The notes under the pieces were generated by a model. It was not told the DNA's origin. It saw nothing but the letters and a program-made list of their open reading frames with translations, and did not search any database. DNA of 64,000 nt, from the NCBI GenBank assembly GCA_964016885.1, contig OZ024765.1, positions 620,001 through 684,000 of the forward strand. The letters are read 5' to 3'. This DNA comes from Eledone cirrhosa. Lineage: Eukaryota. Of the stretch, positions 1-14,118 are shown piece by piece; positions within the stretch are counted from its first letter, which is position 1, and each line of letters starts with the position of its first letter. The translations under genes were made by a program, and so were the position numbers.

Positions 1-23
1 CTAAAGATACTGCCAAATCACCG
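1..23 (-). mobile_element. 5' head of a tRNA-derived SINE (continues beyond the window start)
   Basis: The reverse complement cggtgatttggcagtatctttag matches the head of the SINE at 6151. Confidence 0.55.
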
Positions 24-251
24 GCCTTATCGTTACAATAATAATAACCATCATCATCATCACCATTAATTATCATCATCATCACCATTATCATCATCAT
101 CATCATCAACACCATTAATTATCATCATCACCATCATCATCATCATCATCATCATTTATGTATTATCTCTATAATGTTATTTTCCTACTGTTTCCAGGTT
201 ACAACTCTTTCATTCTACATGTATGTATATATATATGCCTGTATGTGTATA

Positions 252-290
<39 letters not shown>

Positions 291-347
291 GCTATGTATG
301 TATATATATATATATATATACATATATACATTCAGGCATATATATGC

Positions 348-387
<40 letters not shown>

Positions 388-452
388 GCGTGTATAATAT
401 ATGGTTTATATATATGCTTATGAATACATAGATATATACACATGTATATATG

Positions 453-509
<57 letters not shown>

Positions 510-592
510 CATTGTCATTTAGACTTTTGTAAGATTTACTTTGTGTCTGGAATAGATTTTCTTGTTCTATAAGTAATGTTGTTTATATAATT

Positions 593-1231
593 GTGGTGGT
601 GGTGGTGGTAGGGGGGGGACAATGGTGTGGTGGTGGTGGTGGTGGTGATGTTGTTAGTGGCGTTGTTGTTTGTGTTGTAGTTGTTGTTGCTTGTGTTGTT
701 GTTGTTGCTTGTGTTGTTGCTGTGATGTATTGGTGGTGTTTTACCGGTGGTGTTGGTGTTCTTGTTCGCTATGGTGCTGTTGTTGTTCTTGTTGTTGCTG
801 CTATTGTTCTTGTTGTTGCTGCTATTGTTCTTGATGTTGCTGCTACTGCTGTTGTTGTTTTTGCTGCTGCTAACTGCTGGTGATGGTGGTTGCTTTTGTT
901 GTTGCTACTACTGTTGATGTTGCTGTGTTGTATTGGTGGTGTTGTTGCGGTGGTGTTCTTGTTCGTGATGGTGCTGTTGTTGTTCTTGTTGCTGCTGCTG
1001 TTGTTGCTGCTGTTGTTGCTTCTGCTGCTACTGCTGGTGATGGTGGTTGCTTTTGTTGTTGCTACTACTGTTGATGTTGGTTGTGGTGAAGACATTGTTG
1101 CTACTGCTCTTATAGCTATGGCTGCTGTTGCTGCTGCTGTTGCTGCTGTTGCTAGTGCTGCTGTTGATGTTGCTGCTATTGCTGGTGGTAGCAGCAGTGA
1201 AGGTTGTTGTTGCTGTTGTTGTTGTTGTTGT
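593..1231. repeat. (GTT/GCT/GGT)n triplet region with a duplicated block
   Basis: About 719-921 and 922-1079 share gctgtg.tgtattggtggtgtt...ctgctggtgatggtggttgcttttgttgttgctactactgttgatgttg. Confidence 0.85.
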
Positions 1232-1374
1232 TACATAGATGCGATTATTTGCCGGCCTCCGTTAAACAATGGACACTATTGTATCTCTGTATAGAATGAA
1301 TAATTGTCTGCAAGACATGCTAATTCACAATTCCACAAACAATTGTGCACAAACACTAAACACATATACAGACA

Positions 1375-2508
<1,134 letters not shown>

Positions 2509-2627
2509 GATAGATACATACATATGCAAGCAACTCAAGCATGCGCAGTATAGCAAACGAGTACGTTGGTACTCAATACTATAGCAGATATTTATTTAAT
2601 TTAAAAAGTTTACTCTCTCTCTCCTGC

Positions 2628-2735
2628 TTCCTGATGATTTCCTGTAGAACCCATTTCTAAATTAAATGTTTACACTCTACTAATGTATTGAGTACCTTAC
2701 TTACTGTGGTTATCCCCGATTGAACCTGGGATATA
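2628..2735 (+). mobile_element. Family A hammerhead-bearing short element, ribozyme internally deleted
   Basis: Reads ttcCTGATGAtttcctgtagaa: helix II/GAAA/helix III are removed between two cct microhomologies. It is followed by the family A tail ctctactaatGTATTGAGTACcttacttactgtggttatccccgattgaacctgggata, which runs into (TA)n. Confidence 0.8.
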
Positions 2736-2768
<33 letters not shown>

Positions 2769-2778
2769 TTTGAGTTGC

Positions 2779-2972
2779 GGGATCAATCGCGGATAACGAC
2801 AGTAAGTAAGGTACTCAATACATTAGTAGAGTGTAAACATCAAAGTTAATATAAAAATGTGTTCTATAGGAGTAGAACTGTTTCCTTCGAAGGAAAACCT
2901 CAAAACTTTCCTGATGATTTCCTTTGAATGAAACAGTTCTAGTCCTGTAGAATCCAATTCCATGTTAAATTT
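2779..2972 (-). mobile_element. Family A element, fold-back copy (minus-strand long arm with decayed ribozyme plus inverted plus-strand ribozyme)
   Basis: 2779-2902 is the reverse complement of the family A tail and ribozyme. 2908-2972 is an inverted repeat of the ribozyme part. TA tracts lie on both sides. Confidence 0.8.
2908..2952 (+). ncRNA. Type I hammerhead ribozyme motif (family A)
   Basis: ttc-CTGATGA-tttcctttgaat-GAAA-cag-ttctagtc-ctg-TA-gaa. Helix I is ttc/gaa, helix II is ttc/gaa above a U.U pair, and helix III is cag/ctg. Predicted cleavage is after GUA (A2949). Confidence 0.75.
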
Positions 2973-2985
2973 AATATATATTAAA

Positions 2986-3016
<31 letters not shown>

Positions 3017-3061
3017 ATCAAAATGAAAATCCGAATGCAAAGTAACATTCCAATCATTTAA

Positions 3062-3135
3062 TCACGACACGGGTTTCAATAAGAGATAAATCGATTGTGA
3101 AGTCATGATCGATTATCACTGATCTCATCAGGTGA
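3062..3135 (-). ncRNA. Type I hammerhead motif with extended helix II (family D, left arm)
   Basis: The minus strand reads tcac-CTGATGA-[47-nt irregular stem including gata/tatc and atcgat/atcgat]-GAAA-c-ccgt-g-TC-gtga. Helix I is tcac/gtga and the site is GUC. Confidence 0.7.
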
Positions 3136-3256
3136 AAATGAATTGTCTTCAAATTCTTGATATGAGGGGAAAAAATAACGATGTTCTCTCACAGAATTCA
3201 TTCCCTCAATCGTTATTTTTTCTCCCTCATATCAAGAATTAGAAGACAATTCATTT

Positions 3257-3330
3257 ATACCTGATGAGTTCAGTGATAATCGATCATGGATTCACAATCG
3301 ATCTATCTCTTATTGAAACATATGTCGTGA
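3257..3330 (+). ncRNA. Type I hammerhead motif with extended helix II (family D, right arm)
   Basis: atac-CTGATGA(3261-3267)-[47 nt]-GAAA(3315-3318)-c-atat-g-TC-gtga. Helix III is the palindrome ACATATGT and the GUC site ends at 3326. Confidence 0.7.
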
Positions 3331-3497
3331 TTAAATGATTGGAATTTTACTTTGCCTTCGGATTTTCATTTTGATACTTATACTCCGTTTTACATCTGGA
3401 ATTGGAGATATACAAAAGCGTGGAGAACTTAATATTGCTAACATAAAGTTATTGGACCATTTTACACAACCAATAATGCACCTTACTATATAACAAC

Positions 3498-3539
<42 letters not shown>

Positions 3540-3554
3540 TATATGTATTTATGC

Positions 3555-3735
3555 ATGTAAAAGTTAAACAGAAATAACAACACAATCGGTACAGTATATG
3601 AAAGGGATATATTAGTTAACGCTTGATATAGCAGGAAGAGGGTCTTAACGTTTCGGACGCTAGTCCTTCATCAGAAGAAGGAATGAGAAATAAGATAGAC
3701 TGAGGGGACGGGCGGGTTGTAATTGAAAAAAATGT
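3555..3735 (-). mobile_element. Family C hammerhead-bearing short element
   Basis: Island between TA tracts. It shares atatattagtt(t)aacgcttgatatag and the ribozyme region with 43992-44230. Confidence 0.7.
3643..3678 (-). ncRNA. Minimal (Penelope-type) hammerhead motif
   Basis: The minus strand reads tctt-CTGATGA-a-ggac-tagc-gtcc-GAAA-cg-TT-aaga. Helix I is tctt/aaga and helix II is ggac/gtcc. Helix III is reduced to the palindrome AACGTT, the dimer-dependent form known from Penelope-like element pLTRs. Confidence 0.8.
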
Positions 3736-3762
3736 CTTTATATATATATATATTGTGTGTTT

Positions 3763-3836
<74 letters not shown>

Positions 3837-4307
3837 TATGTGTATGAGTGTGTATATAATTCATTTAATCCTCTTTCTATTGAAATATCTCCAGCCACAG
3901 TTTTTCAAAGACAAATGCTGTGTCTGACTCTCTTCTGCTGGAGATAAAAAAATTCATCAGTCGTCTGGTGAATATAAAACAGAACATCCATGATATATGT
4001 GAGATGTGTATAGTATATATATATATTTATATATATATTTATATATATATTTATATATATATTTATATATATATAAATATATATATTTATATATATATTT
4101 ATATATATATTTATATATATATTTATACATATATTTATACATATATATGTATATATATATGTATATATATATATATATATATATGCATGCGTATTTGTGC
4201 GTGACGTTGCGTAAATATACATACATGCATATACATGATTTTACATATACATATGCATCTATGTATAAATACGCACCCTCACTTACATACATACATATAT
4301 GTATATA

Positions 4308-4345
<38 letters not shown>

Positions 4346-4425
4346 TAGTCCCATGTACACATCAAATTATATACTGCGTTTTATGCGATATTTATGCCTC
4401 TAGATTACATACAGAAATACATGTG

Positions 4426-4467
<42 letters not shown>

Positions 4468-4699
4468 GTGTGTGTTTGTATGTATATATATATATATATA
4501 TATATACATCATCATTATACACACACACCCGTTCGGCAAATTATAACTGCGTTTTGTGTGATATTTATACATCTATTATTATTATAGAATAAGAGAAAGA
4601 TTTCGCTGTAAAATGTAAAATGGCGGATATGTTAATAACATTCTTTAGATGGTGTATTTAGCGTCTACTTGTAGTTAGAGAAATATGGCGGCGTTAAAA

Positions 4700-5560
4700 A
4701 TATGGGAGACAGACAGTGATAGACAAAGGGGGAGAATGTGGGAATGGTAGATAGTGAGAGGTGAGGGAGGGAGTAAGGGTGAGCGAGAGTGTGTAATGTA
4801 TAGAGATGGAGAGAGAGAGAGAGAGCGAGGAATTTATAGGAAAGGTAGTGAGTAATGGAGAGACAAAGAGAGAAGGAGAATGCTGGGGGCGTGGATGGAG
4901 TAGTGGGAGAATGCTGGGGGTGGATGCAGAAGTGGGAGGGGGTGAGAGAATGTGTAATGGAGAGAGACGGAGAGACAAAGAGAGAAAGAGGAATTTATAG
5001 GAAAGGTAGTGAGTAGAATGAGAGGGGCTGTAATGGAGAGTGAGAGGGAAAGACAAGGAAAAGGTTTGATAAAGAGTGTGTGTGTTTGTCTATGTTTAAT
5101 GGAGAGACAGATAGGTGGATAAAGAGAGAGAATGGGGGAGACGAGAGAAAGATAGGGACAGAGAGAGGGGGAAGAAGGAAAGAGAGAGTGAACGACTGGG
5201 GAATAGAGACAGAGGAAGAAAGTAGGAGAAAGAAGGATCGAAAGAGGAGAGGAGAGACAGAGAACAAGAAAGGTGAAGGGAGGCGCCGAGAGAGAGAAGG
5301 AAGGCGAGAGTGTAGGGAAGAGATAGATAAAGAAAGAATTGTGCAGAGAGAAATATGATGGAGAGAGATGGAGAGGTACAGAGAGAGAGATATATGATGG
5401 AGAGAGATAGAGGTGCAGAGAGAGAGAGAGGTGCAGAGAGAGAGAGAGAGATATGATGGAGAGAGATGGAGAGGTGCAGAGAGAGATAGAGGTGCAGAGA
5501 GAGATATGATGGAGAGAGAGAGAGATAGAGAGGTGCAGAGAGAGATGTGATGGAGAGAAA
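4700..5560. repeat. Polypurine (GA-rich) tract with internal duplications
   Basis: gaggaatttataggaaaggtagtgagta occurs at about 4827 and 4988; gaggtgcagagagaga is repeated at 5330-5560. Confidence 0.85.
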
Positions 5561-5663
5561 GTGAAATTCTTAGACGGAATCTAAACGGTGTTTAACGTCA
5601 GGTGGTTTCTATTGAGTTGAATTATATAATTATGTTTTTATATACACTTATGCACACACAGAC

Positions 5664-5700
<37 letters not shown>

Positions 5701-5886
5701 TACACACACTACCATTCAGTCAAGCACCCACATATATATATATATATATCTACAATTATACACACATGTGAGTGATTGCATGTATGTACTTACGCAATCA
5801 CACGTACATACACACACACACACACACACATACATGCATGCATGCATGCATGCATGCATGCATGCATACATACATACATACATACA

Positions 5887-5919
<33 letters not shown>

Positions 5920-6012
5920 GCGCGTTTATATTGTATCAATATGTCTACATACATTTCTCTATATATCTATGTGTATATACACACATACAGTGTATCAGTA
6001 TGTGTAGTGAGT

Positions 6013-6071
<59 letters not shown>

Positions 6072-6150
6072 CACGCACAGGCACGCACACGCACACGCAC
6101 ACGCACACGCACAAACACACAAACACGGAGTGTTTATTGAAAATATTATT

Positions 6151-6338
6151 TGTGGTGAATTGGCAGTATCGGTAGAGGGCCGGACGCCATGCTTTGCAGC
6201 ACAGTTACGTCCCTTTACGGACTGAGTTCAAATCCCGCCGAGGTTGACTTTGCCTTTCATCCTTATGGGTTGATAAAATAAAGTACCAGTAATACACTGA
6301 GTTAATTGCTGGCCTTGTGCCATAAGTAGAAACAATAT
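6151..6338 (+). mobile_element. tRNA-derived SINE (octopus-type), full length
   Basis: A box tggcagtatcgg at 6161-6172 and B box gagttcaaatcc at 6224-6235. Central domain gcctttcatcc...gataaaataaagtaccag and tail ctggccttgtgcc...agaaacaat. Multiple copies occur in the window. Confidence 0.9.
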
Positions 6339-7477
6339 TTGTCTATGCGGTTTTAATTGTTGCTGTTGTTGTTGCTATCGTTGCTGACATTGTTGTTGGT
6401 GCTATTGTTGCTGACGTTTTTTTGTTGTTACTAATGTTGTTGTTGTTGTCACTGTTGTTGTTGTCAGTTTTTGTTGCCACTGTTGGTTTTGTTGTTGTTG
6501 TTACTGTTATTATTACAATCCCTCAAATTGTTGTCATGTTCATCAGATTAAATCAGCCTTTCAAGAAATATATGAAAATTTAAGAAACATCATATATATG
6601 TATGTGTGTATGTGTGTATATATGTGTATATATATATATGTGTGTATGTTTGTGTGTGTATATGTCTGTTTTTGTGTGTATATATGTGTTTGTGTGTGCA
6701 TATGTATATATATATGTCTGTTTGTGTGTGTATATAGGTGTATATATGTGTATATATGTGTGTGCATATGTGTATATATGTGTGTGTGCATATGTGTATA
6801 TATATGTGTGTGTGCATATGTGAATATATATGTGTCTTTGTATGTGCATGTGTGTATATGTATATATGTTTATACATATATATATTTATTTGTGTGTCTG
6901 TTTGTGTGTATATATATATATATATGTTCGTTTGTGTGTATTTGTATGTGTAAATTTGTGTGTGTGTGTATATATATATATGTGTGTGTGTGTTAGTGTA
7001 TATATATATGTTCGTGTGTATGTGTGTATATATATAGAGAGAGAGGGTGGGAGATAGTGATGGAGATTATGACAGTAACCATGGCATCGAACTGATGTGA
7101 TCTTTTTTACAAACATTCAAGTAAATCCAAAATACTAAAACGAAAAACGAAATAACCAAAAATTAAATAACAGAAAATTAAACAAACGAAACCAATCTCA
7201 TGAAAAAAAAATAATTAATAAATATATTTAATGAATAAAACCTGAAATTAAATAAATTCAAATGACTCAAAAGCCAAAAAAAAATGTATAATGATTAATA
7301 CTAACTATAATATTAATGAAAAAAAAATTAACTTTAACTACAATGAAAAACTCGAACTACAAACGTCACCGAACTATAGTAACCAAGGCTTGAAGCTTCA
7401 AAAGAAATATTCGTAACTAAAATACTAAAGCTATTTAATAAAGACAAGATCATAGCTAGGAGATGCTATTTTTCCAG

Positions 7478-7613
7478 TGTATATATATATGTGTGTGTGT
7501 GTATATATATATATATATGTGTGTGTATATATGTGTGTGTGTGTATATATATGTGTGTGTGTATATATATATGTGTGTGTGTATATATATATGTGTGTGT
7601 GTGTATATATATA

Positions 7614-7658
<45 letters not shown>

Positions 7659-7691
7659 ATATATATGTGTGTGTATATATATATATATATA

Positions 7692-7724
<33 letters not shown>

Positions 7725-8662
7725 GTGTGTGTATATATACATGTGTGTATATATATATATACATATGTGTGTATATATATACTTGTGTGTATATATATAT
7801 ATATGTGTGTATATATATATATATGTGTGTATATATATATAGGTGTGTATAAATTTGTGTGTATATATATATAGGTGTGTGTATAAATATATGTGTGTAT
7901 ATATATATATGTGTATATATATATATGTGTATATATGTGTATATATATATGTGTGTGTGTATACATGTATGTGTGTATATATATGTATAGATGTGTGTGT
8001 ATATATATGTATAGATGTGTGTGTATAGATATATGTATAGATGTGTGTGTATAGATATATGTATAGATATATGTATAGATATATGTATAGATATATGTAT
8101 AGATATATGTATAGATATATGTATAGATATATGTATAGATATATGTATAGATATATGTATAGATATATGTATAGATATATGTATAAGTATATATATATGT
8201 ATAGATATATGTATAGATATATGTATATATATATATATATAAGTATATATATATGTATATATATGTATGTATAGAAATGTGTATATGTATGTATATATAT
8301 GTATGTGTGTGTATATGTATGTATGTATATGTATGTGTGTGTATATATATATATGTATATATATGTATGTATAGAAATGTGTATATGTATGTATGTATAT
8401 ATATGTATGTGTGTGTATATATGTATATATGTATGTGTGTGTATATATGTGTGTGTGTATATATATATGTATATATATATGTATATATATATTATATTTA
8501 TGTATGTATAGAAATGTGTATATGTATGTATATATATGTATATATATGTATATGTATGTATATATATGTATATGTATGTATATATATATATAATACATGT
8601 ATGTATATATATATATAATACATGTATGTATATATATATATAATACATGTATATATATATAT

Positions 8663-8705
<43 letters not shown>

Positions 8706-8888
8706 ACGCATATATATATATGTGTGTGTGTATATATATATATGTATATGTATATATGTGTGTATATATGTATATGTATGTGTGTGTATATATATATATG
8801 TGTGTGTATATATATATGTGTGTGTGTATATATATATATGTATATATATATGTGTGTGTATATATATATGTATATATATATATGTGTT

Positions 8889-8925
<37 letters not shown>
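7478..8925. repeat. Compound (TA)n(TG)n array with a 12-bp gtatagatatat block
   Basis: Direct inspection; the 12-mer block is at about 8048-8185. Confidence 0.95.
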
Positions 8926-8929
<4 letters not shown>

Positions 8930-10066
8930 ATCACACAGACTATCAGGAAAATATATACAATATGCACAATATATAAAATAAAATACACTTACACACACAG
9001 GTATATATATGTTTATATATGTGTGTATATGTTTATATATGTGTATATGTTTATATATATGTGTGCATATGTTTATATATAGGTGTGTATATATGTTAAT
9101 ATATATGTACTATATGTATATATATATGTGTGTATTTATGTATGCATATCAATTGAATAATAATATATATATGTGCATGATGCATATATATATATTTACG
9201 TATGCATATCAATTGGATAATAATACATATATATGACACACACATTCACACAGAGTTAGAGAGAGAGGGGGAGAGAGACATTATTAATAAAGACATGATA
9301 TTTTTTTTCTGTTTTTTGGGGGGAAATCAAAAAATGAAACAAGAATATATTGAAATATTGTGACAAAAGATTCCATGTATTGTTTTTGATTTGGTTATCA
9401 TAACACGTGACTACTAATCGCCATAATGAGGAAGCAAAACACAACAACAACACAAACAAATGTACAATGACCCCCTCCACCTTCTGGCAACTAAAAATGT
9501 TAAAATCAGTCTCCGAATGAGAGCAAATGTGAGGCAAGGTTCACAACAAATTTTCTCTCTCTTAATTTTTTTCCTCTTTACAAATGTCTTTTCAATTTTC
9601 GTTAAAAATTATACGCCATTTTGTTTGTTAATATTTTCGGTGTTTTTTAGTCTTTTTTTCTAATCTTCTTTTATATTCTTCTAAACTTTTGTTGCTATAT
9701 ATTTCTTTGTGCAGTTAGGATTATATTTTTTAAATGTAATTTATTAATTTATTATTTTTTTGTCATTTCTTCTTTACATTTGCCTTTTTTGTTTGTTGTT
9801 CATTTTTTGTTAGTTTTCTGGGGGATATTTTTTTTCTCTCACAAAATTATGAATGATCGATGTGAAAATTAAATTTGCAGGAAGAAGACAGAAAGTGATA
9901 TTGAGAGAGGTGGATGGATGGATGGATGGATAGAGGGATGAATGGATGGATAGATATATCGATAGATAGATAGATTGATTAGATGAATGAATAGATAGAT
10001 GAATGAATAGATAGATGAGTAGAGAGATAGTCAAATAGCTAGCTATATATATATATATATATATAT

Positions 10067-10250
10067 TAAAAGAGTGACATAAACAGGTACTCAAGTTTCG
10101 TTGGGTTCTGTGCCTCAATTTCATCAGCCTGTCACGAGAAAAATAAAAAATATAGATGACCACATATGGTTGATTTTACTTTCCGTATGGGGATATAACA
10201 AGAGAGTTCACGTAGAGCAGGTAATTTAGAAAAAATATTTTAAAAGGTGT

Positions 10251-10253
<3 letters not shown>
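10067..10253 (-). mobile_element. Family F hammerhead-bearing short element
   Basis: Island of about 185 bp bounded by pure (TA)n on both sides; it contains the ribozyme at 10083-10132. Confidence 0.6.
10083..10132 (-). ncRNA. Type I hammerhead motif
   Basis: The minus strand reads acagg-CTGATGA-aattgaggcacagaacccaac-GAAA-cttgag-TA-cctgt. Helix I is 5 bp and helix II is ttg/caa plus gg/cc. Helix III ACTTGAGT is one change from the palindrome ACTCGAGT. The site is GUA. Confidence 0.75.
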
Positions 10254-10300
<47 letters not shown>

Positions 10301-10305
<5 letters not shown>

Positions 10306-10565
10306 GTCACCAAGTAAACAACTCTGGAGAACGGTATAACCTGATGATGCTTTATTGGTTTAATGCTTTATATAAATGAAAAAATGTTACTGTTTTGGAC
10401 ACTAGTCTGTCATCGAATGATAGAAAAAAGGGAACAGTATCTGCTTGGGAAACAAAAGAGGAAAGAGGAAGACAATTGAATGTAAAATAGGAAACTGTGG
10501 CTAAATGGGTAAATAAGGGAACGGAGAGAAAGTACATGTGGCTCTTAGTCAGCCATGTTGAAAAA
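10301..10565 (-). mobile_element. Old family C-like element with decayed hammerhead (10387-10417)
   Basis: The minus strand ttcgatgacagactagtgtccaaaacagtaa resembles the family C ribozyme. The island shares agtcagccat with 44204-44213. Confidence 0.45.
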
Positions 10566-11913
10566 TGAAATAAGTAGTGAGAAGATTAACTAAAATTCCT
10601 GAATGAACAACGTTTTAAATGCCTCCATGGAATATTCCTCCATAAACCACAACTCTGAAACAATAATTAATTTAGCTAATTAATACAAAAAACACATAAA
10701 CAACAAATTTATATAAAAAAACAACAGTGATATAAACAAACCGAAAAAAATAACTAATTTATTTATATTGTTTTAATATATATACATATATATATATATT
10801 ATTTTTGTATAATTATATTTATGTATTTATATTTTCTGTTTTTTTTTAATTAAATGTAATTACTTAAAAAGCTTTAAAATATAGAATTTCATCTTCTTCT
10901 TCGTCTTTTTCTTCTTTTTCTCCTTTTTTCTACTTTTTCTTCTTTTTATTTTCTACTTTTTCTTCTTTTTCTTCTTTTCTTCTTCGTTTCCTCCTTTTTC
11001 TTTTCTTCTTCTTCTCCCAGACTTTTAAATCATCTCTGTTTTGAAAGACAGATTAGTCAAAATAAAACAACACATATATAAATACAAAAATATAAATTAA
11101 GCCTTTAATTTAATATAAATATTTGTGTGTATATATATAATATAAATATGTATGTATGTATTTATATGTATGTATGTATGTATTTATATGTATGTATGTA
11201 TGTATTTATATGTATGTATATATGTATTTATATGTATGTATATATGTATTTATATGTATGTATATATGTATTTATATGTATGTATATATGTATTTATATG
11301 TATGTATATATGTATGTATATATGTATTTATATATGTATTTATATGTATGTATATATGTATGTATATATGTACGTATATATGTATGTATATATATATTTA
11401 TATATATATAGCGTCTACGTTGGGGTGAATAATACACTAGGATGAGGACCTTGAAGAGGAAAATTGCATAAATGGGTCGTACAAGTATGTATGTGTATGT
11501 ACATAAGTATGCATTAGTGTGTATGTGCATGTGTATGCCTTTAGATGTGTGAGTGAGTGAGTGAGTGAGTGAGTGTGTCTGTATGCCCTTGTATTTCTGT
11601 GTATGTGTCTGTATGTGTGTATGCCTGTGTATGTCTTTCTACGTGTGTGTGTGGGGGGGGGAAGCATATGTAGGCCTTTGTGTGCCTACGTGTATATGTA
11701 TATATGTGTCTGTATATGTATGTATGTCTATATATATATATATATATATGTGTGTGTATGTATGTCTATATATAGAAATGTCTTGTGTGTGTATTTCTCA
11801 CTATGTGTGTCTCTCTACGTATGTGTTTCTCCCTCACTCTCTCTCTCTCTCTCTGTATATATATGTATATATATATCTGTGTGTGAGTATGTATATGTGT
11901 GTGTGTGTGCCTG

Positions 11914-11971
<58 letters not shown>

Positions 11972-12451
11972 CCTCCCTCTAGGTGTGTATGTCTGTGTGT
12001 GTGCCTGTCTGTCTGTGTGTATATATATGTATGTATGTCTGTGTGTGTGTGCCTGTCTGTCTGTGTGTATGTTCACTCAATTTTCTGCCTCTATTGAGTC
12101 AATTATCAGTCTGTGATATCCACCAATGTTGAAGCGGAAACAAGCAGCCATCTTTACAGCGATAACATGGCGGCCATTTAATGACATGAAGCAAAACCAC
12201 GTAACCCACCCTCTCACACACACTCACTCACTCTCTCTCACTCTATCTATCTATCTATCTATCTATATATATATATATGACTATATATATATGTGTATGT
12301 ATATATATATATATATATATATGACTATATATATGTGTATGTATATATATATATATATATATGACTATATATATATGTGTATGTATATATATATATATAT
12401 ATATGACTATATGTGTATGTATATATATATGACTATATATATGTATGTATG

Positions 12452-12508
<57 letters not shown>

Positions 12509-12743
12509 TGACATATATATACATATATATGTCAGTCATTCTCTCTCTCATTCTCTATCTATTTCTCAGTCTCTTTCATTCTGTCTCCCTCTTTCTCTCT
12601 CAATCAAACACACACTCTCTCTCCCTCTCTCTCTCTTTCTGTCTAGATGTAGATAAAGAGAATGTGTGTATGTGTTTATGTGTAGTCTCATATTCATATA
12701 TATATTATACATCTATATATACTTACACATATATATATTATAA

Positions 12744-12774
<31 letters not shown>

Positions 12775-12778
<4 letters not shown>

Positions 12779-12911
12779 AAAATGTTCAAGACCCCGACGG
12801 TAGAGCTCAGAAATAGTCGTCGAAACGTTTTCCTATTACCTACTCTACTACCCTAAGTATTGAGTACTCTGGTCCGTTATGGTCCACCTGGTTCCTTACG
12901 AGACTTCCTTC

Positions 12912-12914
<3 letters not shown>
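12775..12914 (+). mobile_element. Family B short element (rearranged fold-back 5' end)
   Basis: Tail ttcctattacctactctactaccctaaGTATTGAGTACtctggtccgttatggtccacctggttccttac...ttccttcatt-(TA)n. The 5' part taggaaaa..gaccccgacggtagagctca is an inverted copy. Confidence 0.85.
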
Positions 12915-12958
<44 letters not shown>

Positions 12959-13005
12959 TATATTGATACTGCAGGTTTCTATATGAGTGATATATACATT
13001 TACAG

Positions 13006-13055
<50 letters not shown>

Positions 13056-13084
13056 TACTGTTACTGCTATGTACTGTGTTAGAC

Positions 13085-13151
13085 GAACAACTTACGAACA
13101 AATAAACTAACCAAGGTTTTCTTGGAACGTTCGTAAGTCGGGGAATTACTA
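13085..13151. mobile_element. Terminal fragment of a pogo/Tigger-type MITE
   Basis: Internal inverted acttacgaac/gttcgtaagt and the end gttcgtaagtcggggaattacta resemble Tigger-like TIRs followed by TA. Confidence 0.45.
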
Positions 13152-13756
13152 TAAAGTAATTTGATGAGCATGTATATTATAGCGTGTTAAATGTTTTGAA
13201 ATTCTCAAGTCAACAAACTGATGAACGGACACATTAGGAAATATGTGTTACCTAGTGTGTTGAAGTTTAAAGAATACATAAAATAATATTTAGCAAGAAA
13301 ATTTATTCGAAACATTTCAATAAATTTCATATTTCTGAAGAATCAAGTGTTACAGCGAAAATGAAATTAATTTTTAAATTTAAATTTTTTTTTCTACAAT
13401 ACGAATTGATCACAAAAACGACTGAATGAACGTGTTGAAGAAATGGAAACATTTACTTCTCACCTGTAAAATACTCTTTAAATTAATATATTTTTAAAAA
13501 ATGTATTTAATATTTCAAATATCTTGTGTGTATGTATATGTATGTGTGTGGTTGTTATTTTATTACCATTTTTTTGTTTTGTTTTGTTTTGTATATTTGT
13601 ATCCTTATTTGGAGTGAAGAATATGAAGCAAGGAGAAGATAAAAAAAAAAATTTCAAAAAACGAATTAAAATATGTTTGAAATATTTTCGTGAGGAAAAC
13701 AAATTTCTGTAACAAATATTATGTTGTTTTATAATAAACAAACATTAACAGACACA

Positions 13757-13960
13757 TACAAATATATAAAATATATAGATGCATATACAAACATATAAAA
13801 TATATAGATGCATATACAAACATATAAAATATATAGATGCATATACAAACATATAAAATATATAGATGCATATACAAACATATAAAATATATAGATGCAT
13901 ATACAAACATTTAAATATATAGATACATATACAAATATATAACACATAGATACATATACA
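13757..13960. repeat. 29-bp minisatellite, about 6-7 copies
   Basis: Unit atatacaaacatataaaatatatagatgc. Confidence 0.9.
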
Positions 13961-14087
13961 AATATATAAAAAAATATATTGAAACATATACAGATATACA
14001 CATATACGTTGAAATACATATCAGTTACGTCCAATATCCATTCATCCACATGTGTGTATGTACTATATATTTTTGCGTATATATTTG

Positions 14088-14118
<31 letters not shown>

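Larger units (their letters stand above)
3017..3500 (+). mobile_element. Family D fold-back element (about 165-bp inverted arms plus 3' tail) with two hammerhead motifs
   Basis: Arms 3017-3182 and 3209-3375 are reverse complements with scattered mismatches and a 26-nt spacer. A unique tail at 3376-3500 ends in (TA)n, and (TA)n also lies on the left. Confidence 0.85.

Noticed and set aside
6151-6240. tRNA gene
   Set aside because: A and B boxes are present, but they continue into a multi-copy SINE body and no intact cloverleaf is evident.
11441-11484. Possible plus-strand micro-exon DEDLEEENCINGSY (similarly SPDILYFKQ near 38809)
   Set aside because: AG/GT boundaries exist but are too short and weak to support without transcript data.
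13216-13250. Plus-strand CTGATGA...GAAA hammerhead-like match
   Set aside because: No credible helix I or helix II pairing.
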